DNA of 56,656 nt from Methanotrichaceae archaeon (GTDB lineage: Archaea > Halobacteriota > Methanosarcinia > Methanotrichales > Methanotrichaceae). The notes under the pieces are model-generated. The model worked only from the letters and a program-made list of their open reading frames with translations. It was not told where the DNA came from and did no database searches. Below, piece by piece: positions 31,671-41,371 of this stretch. A program made the position numbers and the translations under genes. The stretch spans positions 1 through 56,656 of the forward strand of contig CAVWIG010000038.1 in assembly GCA_963754945.1 (NCBI GenBank), read 5' to 3'. Numbering within the stretch: position 1 is the first letter of the stretch; each line of letters starts with the position of its first letter.

Positions 31671-31904
31671 GTGAAAGGGTTCGTCATGATAAACGTTGAG
31701 CCGGGCGCGGAAAAGTCGGTTTACGATGCACTTGCCAAAGTAAAAGGGGTCCGGGAGGTTGTTCCAGTCTACGGAGAGAGGGACTTCATCGCCATAGCCG
31801 ACGTAGACGGCATATCCGACCTCAATAGGGCAGTCCTGAACATTCGGGAGATCAACGGCGTGACCTACACTCAGACCATCCTCGGCATGGAGCTGAAGTT
31901 CTAG
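31671..31904 (+). CDS. Lrp/AsnC ligand-binding (RAM) domain protein
   Basis: GFVMINVEPG..VYGERDFIA..IREINGVTYTQT; GGAGGTG RBS. Confidence 0.9.
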   Translation: MKGFVMINVEPGAEKSVYDALAKVKGVREVVPVYGERDFIAIADVDGISDLNRAVLNIREINGVTYTQTILGMELKF

Positions 31905-31945
31905 GCTGATCTGATGCTGGTCTGATCAGATCTTGTTATGATGAA

Positions 31946-33151
31946 ATGGATTTAAGAAACTCTGAGGGAAAAGCAGGCTCACTTTTTCCTCTCTACCTCT
32001 CGGTCTTCGTAGCAGTCCTTGGGTTCTCACTGGTTGCACCCATTTTTCCTTTGTACGCCATAGGTCTAGGTGCCTCCTTCACGCTGCTGGGTTTCATAAT
32101 CTCTGTGTACGGAGCAGTCCAATTGATAACCCAGATTCCCATCGGAAGGCTGTCTGACAGAAGAGGCAGAAAGCCGCTGATCATTTTAGGGCTCTTGGCC
32201 TTCACCGTTCTGCCGCCTCTGTACATTTACGCCACTAACGCCTATCTTCTGATCCCCATCAGGATCCTGGGAGGCATCGGGGCCTCTGCGGTTTGGCCGT
32301 TGGCGATGGCCATGATAATCGACAAGGTCGGCAGCGAAAGTCGCGGAGCAGCCATGGGCAGGTACAACGCTGCCTTCTATTCTGCAGTGGCAGTAGGTCC
32401 GTTAATCGGAGGCTTCCTGTACGATCTTTACGGCCTGAGGGCCCCCTTCTATTTCTGGGCGGTTCTGGGACTGGTTTTCAATGATCATAGTTGCGATCAG
32501 AGTCAACGAACCTTCTAAGCACGAAGCTCTATCCACCGCACCCTCAGGCCATCCGAAGGAGGACCTGATTCTTCCCGGCTACTATTGGACCTTCCTGGCC
32601 TGTTGCGGAGTTGTCATGTGGACAGGAATCGTGGGCGGATTCAACCTGACTCTGCTTCCCAGTTATGCATCCCGCTTGGGCATATCCACCACCGAGATCG
32701 GGTTGCTCTACCTGGACTACGCTGGCTTCACAGCTCTTTCCAACATCTACTTCGGAAGGGTCTCCGATCGGGGCAGGCGCAAGTTGCTAGTGTTTGCTGG
32801 ATGTTTGGCCGGCCTTGTTGCATTCATCTTTCTTCCCAAGGCTTACAGCCTCTCCCAGGTTCTAGTTCTTATGGCATTGATCGGTCTAGGCATGGGGGTG
32901 GGCAACCCGGCAGCTGCTGCCCTTATTGCAGACACAACTTGTGTAACTAGGGGGGCGAATCTTTTGGGATATTCAACACTGCCAGGATGTCCGGTGTGGT
33001 GGTTGGTCCGCTTATCGCCGGGCTTGTCGCAGACCTTTATGGTGTGAACGGAAGCCTCCTTGCTTTTGCCGGAATATCCGCAGCGATAACACTTGGAACG
33101 CTTGTAGTAAGGGAGCCAGGGATTGGCCAACCTGCACGGAAAAACAATTGA
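31946..33151 (+). pseudogene. MFS transporter with frameshifts near 32477 and 32960; stop codon formed at the IS5 junction
   Basis: GRLSDRRGRK and GRVSDRGRRK motif-A copies; a third frame gives FGIFNTARMSGVVVGPLIAGLVADLYG..RKNN*. Confidence 0.85.
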
Positions 33152-34434
33152 GAGTTTCGAAAAACTAATCAATCGAAATACTTATATACTATTAATACTA
33201 TAATATAATGCATGAGGACTCTCATTGATTTTGCCATTCGAGCAGAATATGCTCGAGTAAAAGCCCTCGGAGATGATCTATCCGAGATCGGATCGTTGAT
33301 CAATTGGGAGCGTTTCAGATTTTTGGAACCATTGATATACAAAAATAAAACTAGCCGCGGAGGTCGTCCGAACATTGACATCGTGATTATGGTGAAAGCT
33401 CTCGTAATTCAGCATTGGTTTGGTCTAACAGATCCAGAACTGGAGCGACAGGTTGCGGATAGGATCTCTTTTCGTATTTTCCTTGGCACCACTGAAGTAA
33501 TTCCTGATTTCAGCACAGTTTGGCTATTCCGTGAACGTTTGATTAAGTGCGACGTATACGATGATCTTTGGAATGAGCTTCAAAGGCAGCTCGATGAGAT
33601 GGGGTTTACTGTAAAGAATGGCACTATCCAGGATGCAACCTTCATAACTTCGGACCCAGGTCGGAAGAGGAACAAGAAAGACGAGCAAGGCGGGGACAAA
33701 AAGGAAGGTCAAGATTCCGAAGCCACCAGTACGAGCCTGAATCAGGAGTTTGATAAAGAGCTAATTGGTATTTCAAATAATATTATTGATGACAAGGCCA
33801 AACCACAGAGACTCGAAGAAGAGCCAATAAATGAGGGAAGTTGGGCAAAAAAGGGTGTCAAATCCTTTTTCGGATATAAAGGTCATATCTCAATCGATAC
33901 CAATTACCACCTTATCAGATATTTTGAGACTACAACTGCTTCTGTACACGATAGTCAGGTAGATCTTGGAATTGAAGGGCTACCACGTTACGCCGATAAG
34001 GGATATGATGGTGCAAAAACTCGAGGATATGATGCAGCCATGAAAAAAGCTACAAGAGGTCACAAGCTTGGAATCATAGATCTTCTGAGGAATAAGAGAA
34101 TCAGTAAAACGCGATCGCACATCGAAAGATGCTTCGCTGTTATGAAGCGGGGGCATAAGGGAGCACATGTTTATGTAACAACTGTCGCAAGAGCTGGAGT
34201 AAAATTCATGATGAATTCGGTCGTTTACAACCTGGAACAGTTGAAATATTTAGTGCATAAACAAACAGCCTAGCGGAAGCTCTCTAAAAAAGCGCAAAAA
34301 TTAGAAACAACAAGGTAAATTGAAATCTAATAAGCCAATTTAGGGGTGAAATATGCTAAAAAACCACTATAAAGATTGAAAATATTAACGCAAGAATTTA
34401 AGGCTTCATTAACCAACACTAAATCGAAACCCTC
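33150..34434 (+). mobile_element. IS5-family element
   Basis: Inverted repeats GAGAGTTTCGA / TCGAAACCCTC; 4-bp TSD AATT at 33146-33149 and 34435-34438. Confidence 0.88.
33212..34273 (+). CDS. IS5-family transposase
   Basis: GGRP, LTDPELERQVADRISFRIFLG, PDFSTVWLFRE, QDATFI, FGYKGH, ASVHDSQ, YADKGY, RSHIERCF. Confidence 0.93.
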   Translation: MRTLIDFAIRAEYARVKALGDDLSEIGSLINWERFRFLEPLIYKNKTSRGGRPNIDIVIMVKALVIQHWFGLTDPELERQVADRISFRIFLGTTEVIPDFSTVWLFRERLIKCDVYDDLWNELQRQLDEMGFTVKNGTIQDATFITSDPGRKRNKKDEQGGDKKEGQDSEATSTSLNQEFDKELIGISNNIIDDKAKPQRLEEEPINEGSWAKKGVKSFFGYKGHISIDTNYHLIRYFETTTASVHDSQVDLGIEGLPRYADKGYDGAKTRGYDAAMKKATRGHKLGIIDLLRNKRISKTRSHIERCFAVMKRGHKGAHVYVTTVARAGVKFMMNSVVYNLEQLKYLVHKQTA

Positions 34435-34871
34435 AATTTTAAAACCCATAGGAATGCAACACTGCGGCAGCATTCGGACGATGCAGTTCAACACCCCACC
34501 AACTCATTGACAATTTCGTCAATCTAGGATGAATGCGCCAACAAGATAGAGCAGCTATGCTCAGATCCGCAGAGTAAGTGAATCGAGTTACGAGACAATC
34601 AGTTCTGTAGTTCAGCAAACTCGTGGACGGATCTACCGGAAGCAGTTCTTTTTGTACAGTTATGTAATCTACGGCGATTCAAGGATGGAGTCGGTATTCA
34701 TAGATTCTGAGATTTGCCTGAAGTTCTACCCTGAAACAATGATTCCTCTGAGATTTAGGATCGGTCGAGTCGAATTTTTAGTCGCTTCATACGTCGATTG
34801 TCTTAACAGGAAAAATTTATATACGTTGAATGCCGTAATAGTAAATTACAATATTAAAAAGGTGATATGTC

Positions 34872-35279
34872 ATGAAAATCAGAGTTATCAGTTACAGAGA
34901 TGAGATAGGTTCGTTAATGACGAATGAGAAGATCGTCCACCTGGCATTCAGAGCATCCAACGTGGACTTCCTAAATCTGATGCAGAGATGCCCGAGGCTG
35001 AGAGCGGTTCAGATCCCTCCTTCATACCAGAAGACCATGTCCAATGCTATACGGGGATTCTTGAAAATGCAAGGCATAGAACTGCTTGAAGGAGACGTCT
35101 GGGGCCACAGGAAGGACATCAACGAGTACTTCACAGTTCCTGATGAGGCAGTGGACGCCATTAAGTCGATGAACGAAAGTGATAACAACCCTGAGGAGAT
35201 AGAGAGGCAAGTTCAAAGGACTGGCAAGCTGGGATCAGACCTCGTAAGGTACATTGCCAAGGCAAAGACGATGGCTTGA
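34872..35279 (+). CDS. DUF1699 family protein
   Basis: MKIRVIS..NEKIVHLAFRASN..LLEGDVWGHRKDINEY; paralogue of 15735-16154. Confidence 0.9.
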   Translation: MKIRVISYRDEIGSLMTNEKIVHLAFRASNVDFLNLMQRCPRLRAVQIPPSYQKTMSNAIRGFLKMQGIELLEGDVWGHRKDINEYFTVPDEAVDAIKSMNESDNNPEEIERQVQRTGKLGSDLVRYIAKAKTMA

Positions 35280-35310
35280 ACCGACTCCTCAACACTTTCC
35301 AATCCGCTTT

Positions 35311-36036
35311 TTATCCCATTCCAATAGGTATCTGGCTTATATCTCCGACCCCTGTCTGGATTCTATCCGCATCCTGGTGTACATCGTGGAACCTGGACTT
35401 TGGCTGAGATGCCTGCTGATATGTCTGATTTGTGGCCGATGGAGAGGAAACATTGGTTGAAGGAACGGGCATCTTTGGCTCTAGCTCGTTGACCTTTGCT
35501 GGAACATAGCTTGATAAATCTGGATTTATCCACACGGCGTTAAACTCGCCGCTGCCGGAGATCCTGCCCTCGTTCGTCTGGAAGAATTCGCCACTGATGG
35601 CTCCATCCGCGAGAATGCCATCCAACACGGTCGAGACTTTCTCCTTGCCTTTCATTGCAGCTATGGCAAGATGTACCCGATTTTCAGAGACGGACCCCGC
35701 AACAACACCGTTCCAAGGCTCGCCCTTCTCTGGCTCGTACTTGGCCTTGCCGAATAGGTCGTTGCCCTCCTGGTCCAGGGCCATTGTAATTTGATCTTTC
35801 TCGATGCCTGATACCGCCCAGATGTACTTCAAGTTCGCGGCAGTTGTATTAACAGTAGTGAAGTTCGCGGTAGAAGTCAAATCCTGATGGTTGGACATGT
35901 TCACATGAAAAGCCGCTGCAGGGCTCTCCTTGGTCGATCCATTGTTCTCGGGGCTGGAGGCTTCAAGACACAGGGACTGGCTCGTAGCGAAAAGGAATAA
36001 GAACAATATCAGGACAAACACACGTCTCTTGCTCAA
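35311..36036 (-). CDS. Secreted hypothetical protein
   Basis: Signal peptide; NxT/S sequons; beta-rich domain similar to ORF 3175. Confidence 0.75.
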   Translation of the reverse strand: MSKRRVFVLILFLFLFATSQSLCLEASSPENNGSTKESPAAAFHVNMSNHQDLTSTANFTTVNTTAANLKYIWAVSGIEKDQITMALDQEGNDLFGKAKYEPEKGEPWNGVVAGSVSENRVHLAIAAMKGKEKVSTVLDGILADGAISGEFFQTNEGRISGSGEFNAVWINPDLSSYVPAKVNELEPKMPVPSTNVSSPSATNQTYQQASQPKSRFHDVHQDADRIQTGVGDISQIPIGMG

Positions 36037-36331
36037 GCATACCTCTTAATTCAATCTCTCTCGTGGAGTATCGTCGATTGCCTAATAGTTATCTCACCAA
36101 TCTGTGCCTTTATAAACTTTTCACACGCGATCTACTGAAGTAGGTCATAATTGGCAGGATACAAACAGAATAATACTGCCGAAATTGGGAATATTTTGAG
36201 AAGATACGAGCGGTAAACACAAACGGAATGCTTAACCTTCTGAAAAGAAGGGAGGATAAGATGGATATTCTAAAAGTGCATTTCAGATACATGGAAGAGC
36301 TAATGAAGTGTTTGCTTGAGGGCATGAAGAC

Positions 36332-36538
36332 ATGACCAAAAATGAAGATAAGAGGCTCATTCCGCGTGAATCAGATAACCCTATGGTCGAAGAGTACAAA
36401 GAAGATCTCCTGCGGAAACCGTCATCTGCTGTGCGTGACGAGGAACGACTTATCTGTTTGGAGGGCCTGGTGAGCGATCTCATCGGCAAGGTCGATTCTC
36501 TGGAGCGGAGAGTCCGGACCCTTGAAGAGAAGAAATGA
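36332..36538 (+). CDS. Small coiled-coil hypothetical protein
   Basis: LEGLVSDLIGKVDSLERRVRTLEEKK heptad pattern. Confidence 0.5.
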   Translation: MTKNEDKRLIPRESDNPMVEEYKEDLLRKPSSAVRDEERLICLEGLVSDLIGKVDSLERRVRTLEEKK

Positions 36539-36748
36539 TGAAGTCGAGGGTCGAATTGCGGATTTTGTAGTCAGATATTCTGACCGGTCAAAAGGTTGAA
36601 CCAGTAGCTCAGTCACCGAAAATTGAAATAATGTTCTAACTGGATCGCTATCCTCTCAGAGCGCCCCTCACATACCGGAAAAAAGGATGTGTCAATGCTC
36701 AATGGTAGGACATCCCGCGATAGGATGGCCCCACGATATGACAGATCC

Positions 36749-38251
36749 TCACAAGAACCTGATACCCTTCGGCATCTCCCCAAACCTCTTCCTGAAAGCT
36801 TCAGGCCAATTCTCCATGTCCAGGCCCTTCTGGCTCAGGAAGGCGCTTGTCCAGCGTTCCAGGCCTACGCCGCTGCAGCCGCTCCACAATGGCTCTCCCG
36901 ACTGTGCCTTCACGGTGAAGCCCTTTGGGTACTTCTCGCCATTTACAGAGAGGTTCTGGAACTCGATCCAGTTTCCGTTATATGGCAGCACGGCCTCGTA
37001 GTCCACCGTACCCGCGCCGGACATCTCCGCCAATCCGGTCTTGCCCTCCTGGGCCATGAACCAGGGAGTTACCCAGGCCATCCTCCAGCGCAGCTCCAGG
37101 ATATCCTCAAAGATGTGCTTGTAGCATGCCTTCAGCTTCTCTGCCTCAGCTAGGGCCTGCTCACGGGTGCCCAGCCACACGATCTCGATTCGATGAAACT
37201 CGTCCACACGCTCTATGCCGTGGATTCCGCCCGATTCGTACCTGTGACTGGTGCCAGAGCGGTCAAAGACCCTGATTGGCAGCTCCTCATTGGCAAGTGT
37301 CATTCCCTGGAGGAATCCCCAGAACGTTGGGCACTGCGCGTAGCACATGCCTCCTATGGGTAAGTCGATCTTCTCCTTTACCAGCTCAAGGGGCACCTCG
37401 TGCGTGACCTTGTAGTAGTCCATGACCTCTTCCCAGAACGCAGGGTCGCGGGTCTTAGGCGGGCAGACAAAGTAGATCTCCGGATAGACACCCTGCGCGT
37501 GCCCTGACTTCTTCCAGACATCCCAGGTGTCCAGCTTGGGAAAGATCATCTCGCTGTAGCCCAAGGGTCCGATGATCTCATCGAGCACTATCTGCTCAAA
37601 GGTGCGGAAGATGTGCGTAGCCTCGGGCCCGTAGATCCACTGGCCCCGGCTGGAGCCGTGCTTGATCCAGCCGCTTTTCAGCATCTCCTCTGTGGGGTCG
37701 CGGTTGAACTTCGGCTCGCGTTCTGCGCTCTCCCAGAGCAGCTCCCAGTGCTCTCCTTTCCCACCGTATGATGACTGGAGCTTCTCCTCCAGGAGATTCA
37801 CTATCCTGTCAGGTATGCGGTTCTCAATCTCGGATTGACCGAGGGTTCCTTCGGGACCAACGTCCAGATCGAGCTTGAGAAGGCAGTTCTCAAACTTGAT
37901 CTCCCGGACGTAAGGAATCTTGTGCTCTATTGCCCGTTCGGATTCGACCTCTATCTCGAACTTGCTTATATCCAGGCCGCGCACGCCTATGTGGTACTTC
38001 TTACCCAAGATCTCCGCCAGGGGCTTCCGCAAACGTAGGACGGCATCATGGGCACGCACGTACCTGTCGCTCTCGATGGTCAGATCTATCCTGTTTCCGA
38101 TCAGTTTCCACTGGGATATCTCAGCCCCGTGTCCCTCTGGAGCGCCCTTCTGCATGATGGGGCCGGCTTCTGCAAAGAATTGGGCGATCGCTTCCTGGGC
38201 CATAGATGCATCAGCGCTCAGCCGGAAGCTCGCCTCCAAATGAAATCTCAT
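36749..38251 (-). CDS. serS: Serine--tRNA ligase, methanogen type (SerRS2)
   Basis: [61 protein letters not shown]; ATGA overlap with pcc1. Confidence 0.95.
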   Translation of the reverse strand: MRFHLEASFRLSADASMAQEAIAQFFAEAGPIMQKGAPEGHGAEISQWKLIGNRIDLTIESDRYVRAHDAVLRLRKPLAEILGKKYHIGVRGLDISKFEIEVESERAIEHKIPYVREIKFENCLLKLDLDVGPEGTLGQSEIENRIPDRIVNLLEEKLQSSYGGKGEHWELLWESAEREPKFNRDPTEEMLKSGWIKHGSSRGQWIYGPEATHIFRTFEQIVLDEIIGPLGYSEMIFPKLDTWDVWKKSGHAQGVYPEIYFVCPPKTRDPAFWEEVMDYYKVTHEVPLELVKEKIDLPIGGMCYAQCPTFWGFLQGMTLANEELPIRVFDRSGTSHRYESGGIHGIERVDEFHRIEIVWLGTREQALAEAEKLKACYKHIFEDILELRWRMAWVTPWFMAQEGKTGLAEMSGAGTVDYEAVLPYNGNWIEFQNLSVNGEKYPKGFTVKAQSGEPLWSGCSGVGLERWTSAFLSQKGLDMENWPEAFRKRFGEMPKGIRFL

Positions 38252-38469
38252 CTCTCCTCCCCGCATACCAAAGTTTCTTCAGCTATCTTTAAGTTCATCA
38301 ATAAATCGTCAAGGGTGGCCAGCATGGTTCCTATCTTCTGGACTGAGAACTCGAACTTCAGGTGTTCCCCTTCAGCGTTCATGACCATCTCGGGAAGGTT
38401 GTCGGGACCTATTGCCCGTCCCAGAGCTTCTGAATCCTTCCCCTGGAAGGTCAGCGTTGCTCTCATCAT
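38248..38469 (-). CDS. pcc1: KEOPS complex subunit Pcc1
   Basis: [24 protein letters not shown]; position downstream of rps15-DHH. Confidence 0.85.
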   Translation of the reverse strand: MMRATLTFQGKDSEALGRAIGPDNLPEMVMNAEGEHLKFEFSVQKIGTMLATLDDLLMNLKIAEETLVCGEER

Positions 38470-39770
38470 GCTTTTGCCTCTCCGGCTGGCTCGCGCAACT
38501 GCTCCCCCACGATCCTGTCGACATAGGCAAGGAACTTCTCCTCTGAACCAGGGGGAATGGATGCACCGCTGGCTATTGTGTGGCCGCCACCAACTCCTCC
38601 CACCGATTCGGCTGCCTTTCGAAGAGCCATGGACAGGTCCAACCCTCGCGATATCAGAAGCTTGTTCCCACGGGCGGAGACCTTGACCACATCACCCTTG
38701 TGGTTTATCGTTATGAGAGGCATGTCAGCATACAGGTACCTTATCCCTAGACCAGCCACAACCGCTCCCGCTTCCATGTCCTTTACGACCAGGTACCTTA
38801 TGCTCTTCATCTCCTTGTGCTGTTCCTGGAGGATCTTGATCTCAGCGAGGATGTTGTTCCTGTACTCGGCTGCCATCTTTTTGGCCTGGTCGAGGGCCGA
38901 CCGGTCCCTTAGGCACAGTGTCAACCCAAGCCCAGGTAGATCTCTGTTTCCGCAGGCGTTCAGCAGCTGAACGAACTCCAAAGAGTTCTCTACCAACTCC
39001 TTTTTCAGACGGATCACCTCTCCGATGATGGAGTCAGCTGCAAAGCTGCCCTGCATCAACAGCTTTAGGGTCAGGGCCGTGGACAGCTTGTTTAGGTCGT
39101 CACGGTCGAGGCTCTGGATATCGCCCTTTATATGAAGCGCTTGGAGGAAGTCCCTGGTCTTCTCGGGATCTCCGGTAAAATCCAGCAGAGGTTCTATTGC
39201 CTGCTCGAAGACCTCTTCGATAGGTCCATCCGCAGACATCTTCAGCCCCGGCCAGGTTTGCACGGCACCAGAGGAAATCGCTTCCTCAAGGATGGAGTGG
39301 TTAGCGCCAATCATAGCCTGCCTGTCGCCTAGGGCCCCAGCGATCGCCAGCCCGGCCAGGTCTGAGTTATCCCCCATCCTCCGAACCACGGAGTACACCG
39401 TACCAGAGGCGCTCAGCTCGAAGGCTCCGTCTATTCCAAAGTTGTGGGGGTTAAGGTGCATACAATCCAGAGTTCCCACCGGCTTGTGATGATCCAGAAC
39501 GAAAACATCCCCTTTTATCCTGGAGATCAGATCCGGCTTGCCGCTGCCCATATCGCAGAAGACCACAGGACCAATAATGGATTCTATGATCGTTTCGTCT
39601 AGCCTGTTTACAAGAGTGGCGTGAAAGGGTATTCCCGCCCTTTTAAGGGCGTTGCAGACCAGCCCTGCCGATGTGATCCCATCGGCATCGTTGTGGGAGA
39701 TCACACGCATGCGGTCGCAACGCAAAATCGACCTTGATATGGATTCTGCGGCTTTGTCCAACCTTTTCAT
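38466..39770 (-). CDS. DHH family phosphoesterase (RecJ-like, DHHA1 domain)
   Basis: SHNDADG, CDMGSG, LDHH, GALGD, SARG, GGGHTIASGA. Confidence 0.92.
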   Translation of the reverse strand: MKRLDKAAESISRSILRCDRMRVISHNDADGITSAGLVCNALKRAGIPFHATLVNRLDETIIESIIGPVVFCDMGSGKPDLISRIKGDVFVLDHHKPVGTLDCMHLNPHNFGIDGAFELSASGTVYSVVRRMGDNSDLAGLAIAGALGDRQAMIGANHSILEEAISSGAVQTWPGLKMSADGPIEEVFEQAIEPLLDFTGDPEKTRDFLQALHIKGDIQSLDRDDLNKLSTALTLKLLMQGSFAADSIIGEVIRLKKELVENSLEFVQLLNACGNRDLPGLGLTLCLRDRSALDQAKKMAAEYRNNILAEIKILQEQHKEMKSIRYLVVKDMEAGAVVAGLGIRYLYADMPLITINHKGDVVKVSARGNKLLISRGLDLSMALRKAAESVGGVGGGHTIASGASIPPGSEEKFLAYVDRIVGEQLREPAGEAKA

Positions 39771-40222
39771 GTCACAAGCATCTCAACTGTCTCCGGCTTG
39801 TACTCCCAGCTCCGTGCCATCCTGCCCGAATCGTGGTAGTATTTGACAAGCCGTCTGATCTTGTTCTCCATGAGCTGGAGGGCCCTCTTGTTGTGCACAT
39901 CCTTGGCGTTGGTCTTGAGGTGCTTCCTTACTTGAAGGGAATGCCTCATCAGGTTGCTCAAGTCTTCCGGTATCTCCGGGATGGAGGAGTTCTCCTTGAG
40001 GAACCTGTTCATGTTCTTGCCTAGTACCAGCCTTACACTGGGTACACCGTACTGATCTCTGAGCGTCAAACCAATCTTGGTTGACGGCAGACCACTTTCA
40101 TGAAGCTTTATTACGAGCTTTTCAAGCTCTTCTTTGGATACATCCGACCAGTCCGGCACCTTTTCCACGGTAGGCGGCCTTGATCTGGATGCTCCCTTCT
40201 TTCTGCTGTGCATTCTGGCCAT
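39767..40222 (-). CDS. rps15: 30S ribosomal protein S15 (uS15)
   Basis: MARMHSRKKGASRS..IGLTLRDQYGVP..PEDL..ENKIRRLVKYY. Confidence 0.97.
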   Translation of the reverse strand: MARMHSRKKGASRSRPPTVEKVPDWSDVSKEELEKLVIKLHESGLPSTKIGLTLRDQYGVPSVRLVLGKNMNRFLKENSSIPEIPEDLSNLMRHSLQVRKHLKTNAKDVHNKRALQLMENKIRRLVKYYHDSGRMARSWEYKPETVEMLVT

Positions 40223-40347
40223 AACAAATCCTCGTTAAATTCATAAATGCGAAGGCATAAACCTCCTTGCTACATGGGATAAAAATCTTTCCCCGGCAGG
40301 AACCTCCCCCTGCATAGTTTAATAAGCGGTGATGCACAACTCCGACT

Positions 40348-41001
40348 ATGCTCGTGGAGTACATGGACACGATCTTCTATCTCCTGGGAAAGGGGGTGGT
40401 GATCCTGGCCCTGATTATCCTTGCGGTATCTATTTTAGGGGCCGTCTTAATCCTATATTCCTTCAAAACCGGCCACTTCTTTGCAGCCAGGCTTATGCTC
40501 ATCAGCATCAGCCTTCTGGAGAGCGTCATCAAGGCCTTGTTCTTGTTGGCCAGAGCAGATGGTTCCATTGTGGACGATGTAGGCGTTCGCCTCAGGAACT
40601 ACATCAACCGCAAGAAGTTCCTGCGCATACCACACGACGGCCGCTTCATTTTCATACCCCAGTGTGTCCGCAGCGTCGATTGCCCTGCTAAGCTGACCCC
40701 CGAGGGGGTAAAGTGCGTTGGTTGTGGCCGCTGCAATGTGGGCGAAGCCAAGAAGTTCGCAGAAGGGCTAGGATATCGGTTTTTCGTAGTATCAGGTTCC
40801 AGCTTTATAAAGCGCATCATCAAGAAATACCGGCCAGAGGCTATAATCGGTGTGGGCTGCCAATTGGAGATAAAGGAGGGATTGGACCTGTGTCACAGCC
40901 ATGACATACCAGCTATAGGCATACCTCTGACCCGTGCCGGGTGTGTCTCCACCACCCTGGATTGGAAAAAGCTCTACGATGAGATATCTGATCGTACATG
41001 A
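40348..41001 (+). CDS. DUF116 domain membrane protein
   Basis: N-terminal TM helices; FIPQCVR..CPAKL..CVGCGRC..GSSFIKRII..IIGVGC..GCVST. Confidence 0.88.
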   Translation: MLVEYMDTIFYLLGKGVVILALIILAVSILGAVLILYSFKTGHFFAARLMLISISLLESVIKALFLLARADGSIVDDVGVRLRNYINRKKFLRIPHDGRFIFIPQCVRSVDCPAKLTPEGVKCVGCGRCNVGEAKKFAEGLGYRFFVVSGSSFIKRIIKKYRPEAIIGVGCQLEIKEGLDLCHSHDIPAIGIPLTRAGCVSTTLDWKKLYDEISDRT

Positions 41002-41115
41002 GCTACCATAAAATTGCATGCTAAATTAGAAATTGCAATCTCAATAAATAAAATTGCGCATTAATATAAAAAACGAACAACAAAAAATTTGGAAAAAGGC
41101 TACAGTAAGCTGTAG

Positions 41116-41292
41116 CTACTCGACGCTGATGGCCTCAGATGGGCAGGCCTCAACGCAGGTTTTGCACTCGGTACACTTCTCGGCGTTCACTGTAGCTATC
41201 TCTTGGTCGTCCAGAGTAATGGCTTCTTCTGGGCACTCCTCGACGCACGTTCCGCAGCTTACGCACTCTTCTCTGTTGACTACTGCTGGCAT
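41116..41292 (-). CDS. 2[4Fe-4S] ferredoxin
   Basis: CVSCGTCVEECP and CTECKTCVEACP; GGAGG RBS before MPAVV. Confidence 0.95.
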   Translation of the reverse strand: MPAVVNREECVSCGTCVEECPEEAITLDDQEIATVNAEKCTECKTCVEACPSEAISVE

Positions 41293-41371
41293 TATGAAAT
41301 CCTCCAATATTGCCGCTCTCGGGCAAACTTAACCAGTCCGCAGGGACGATATATACCTTTCGTTTTTCCGG

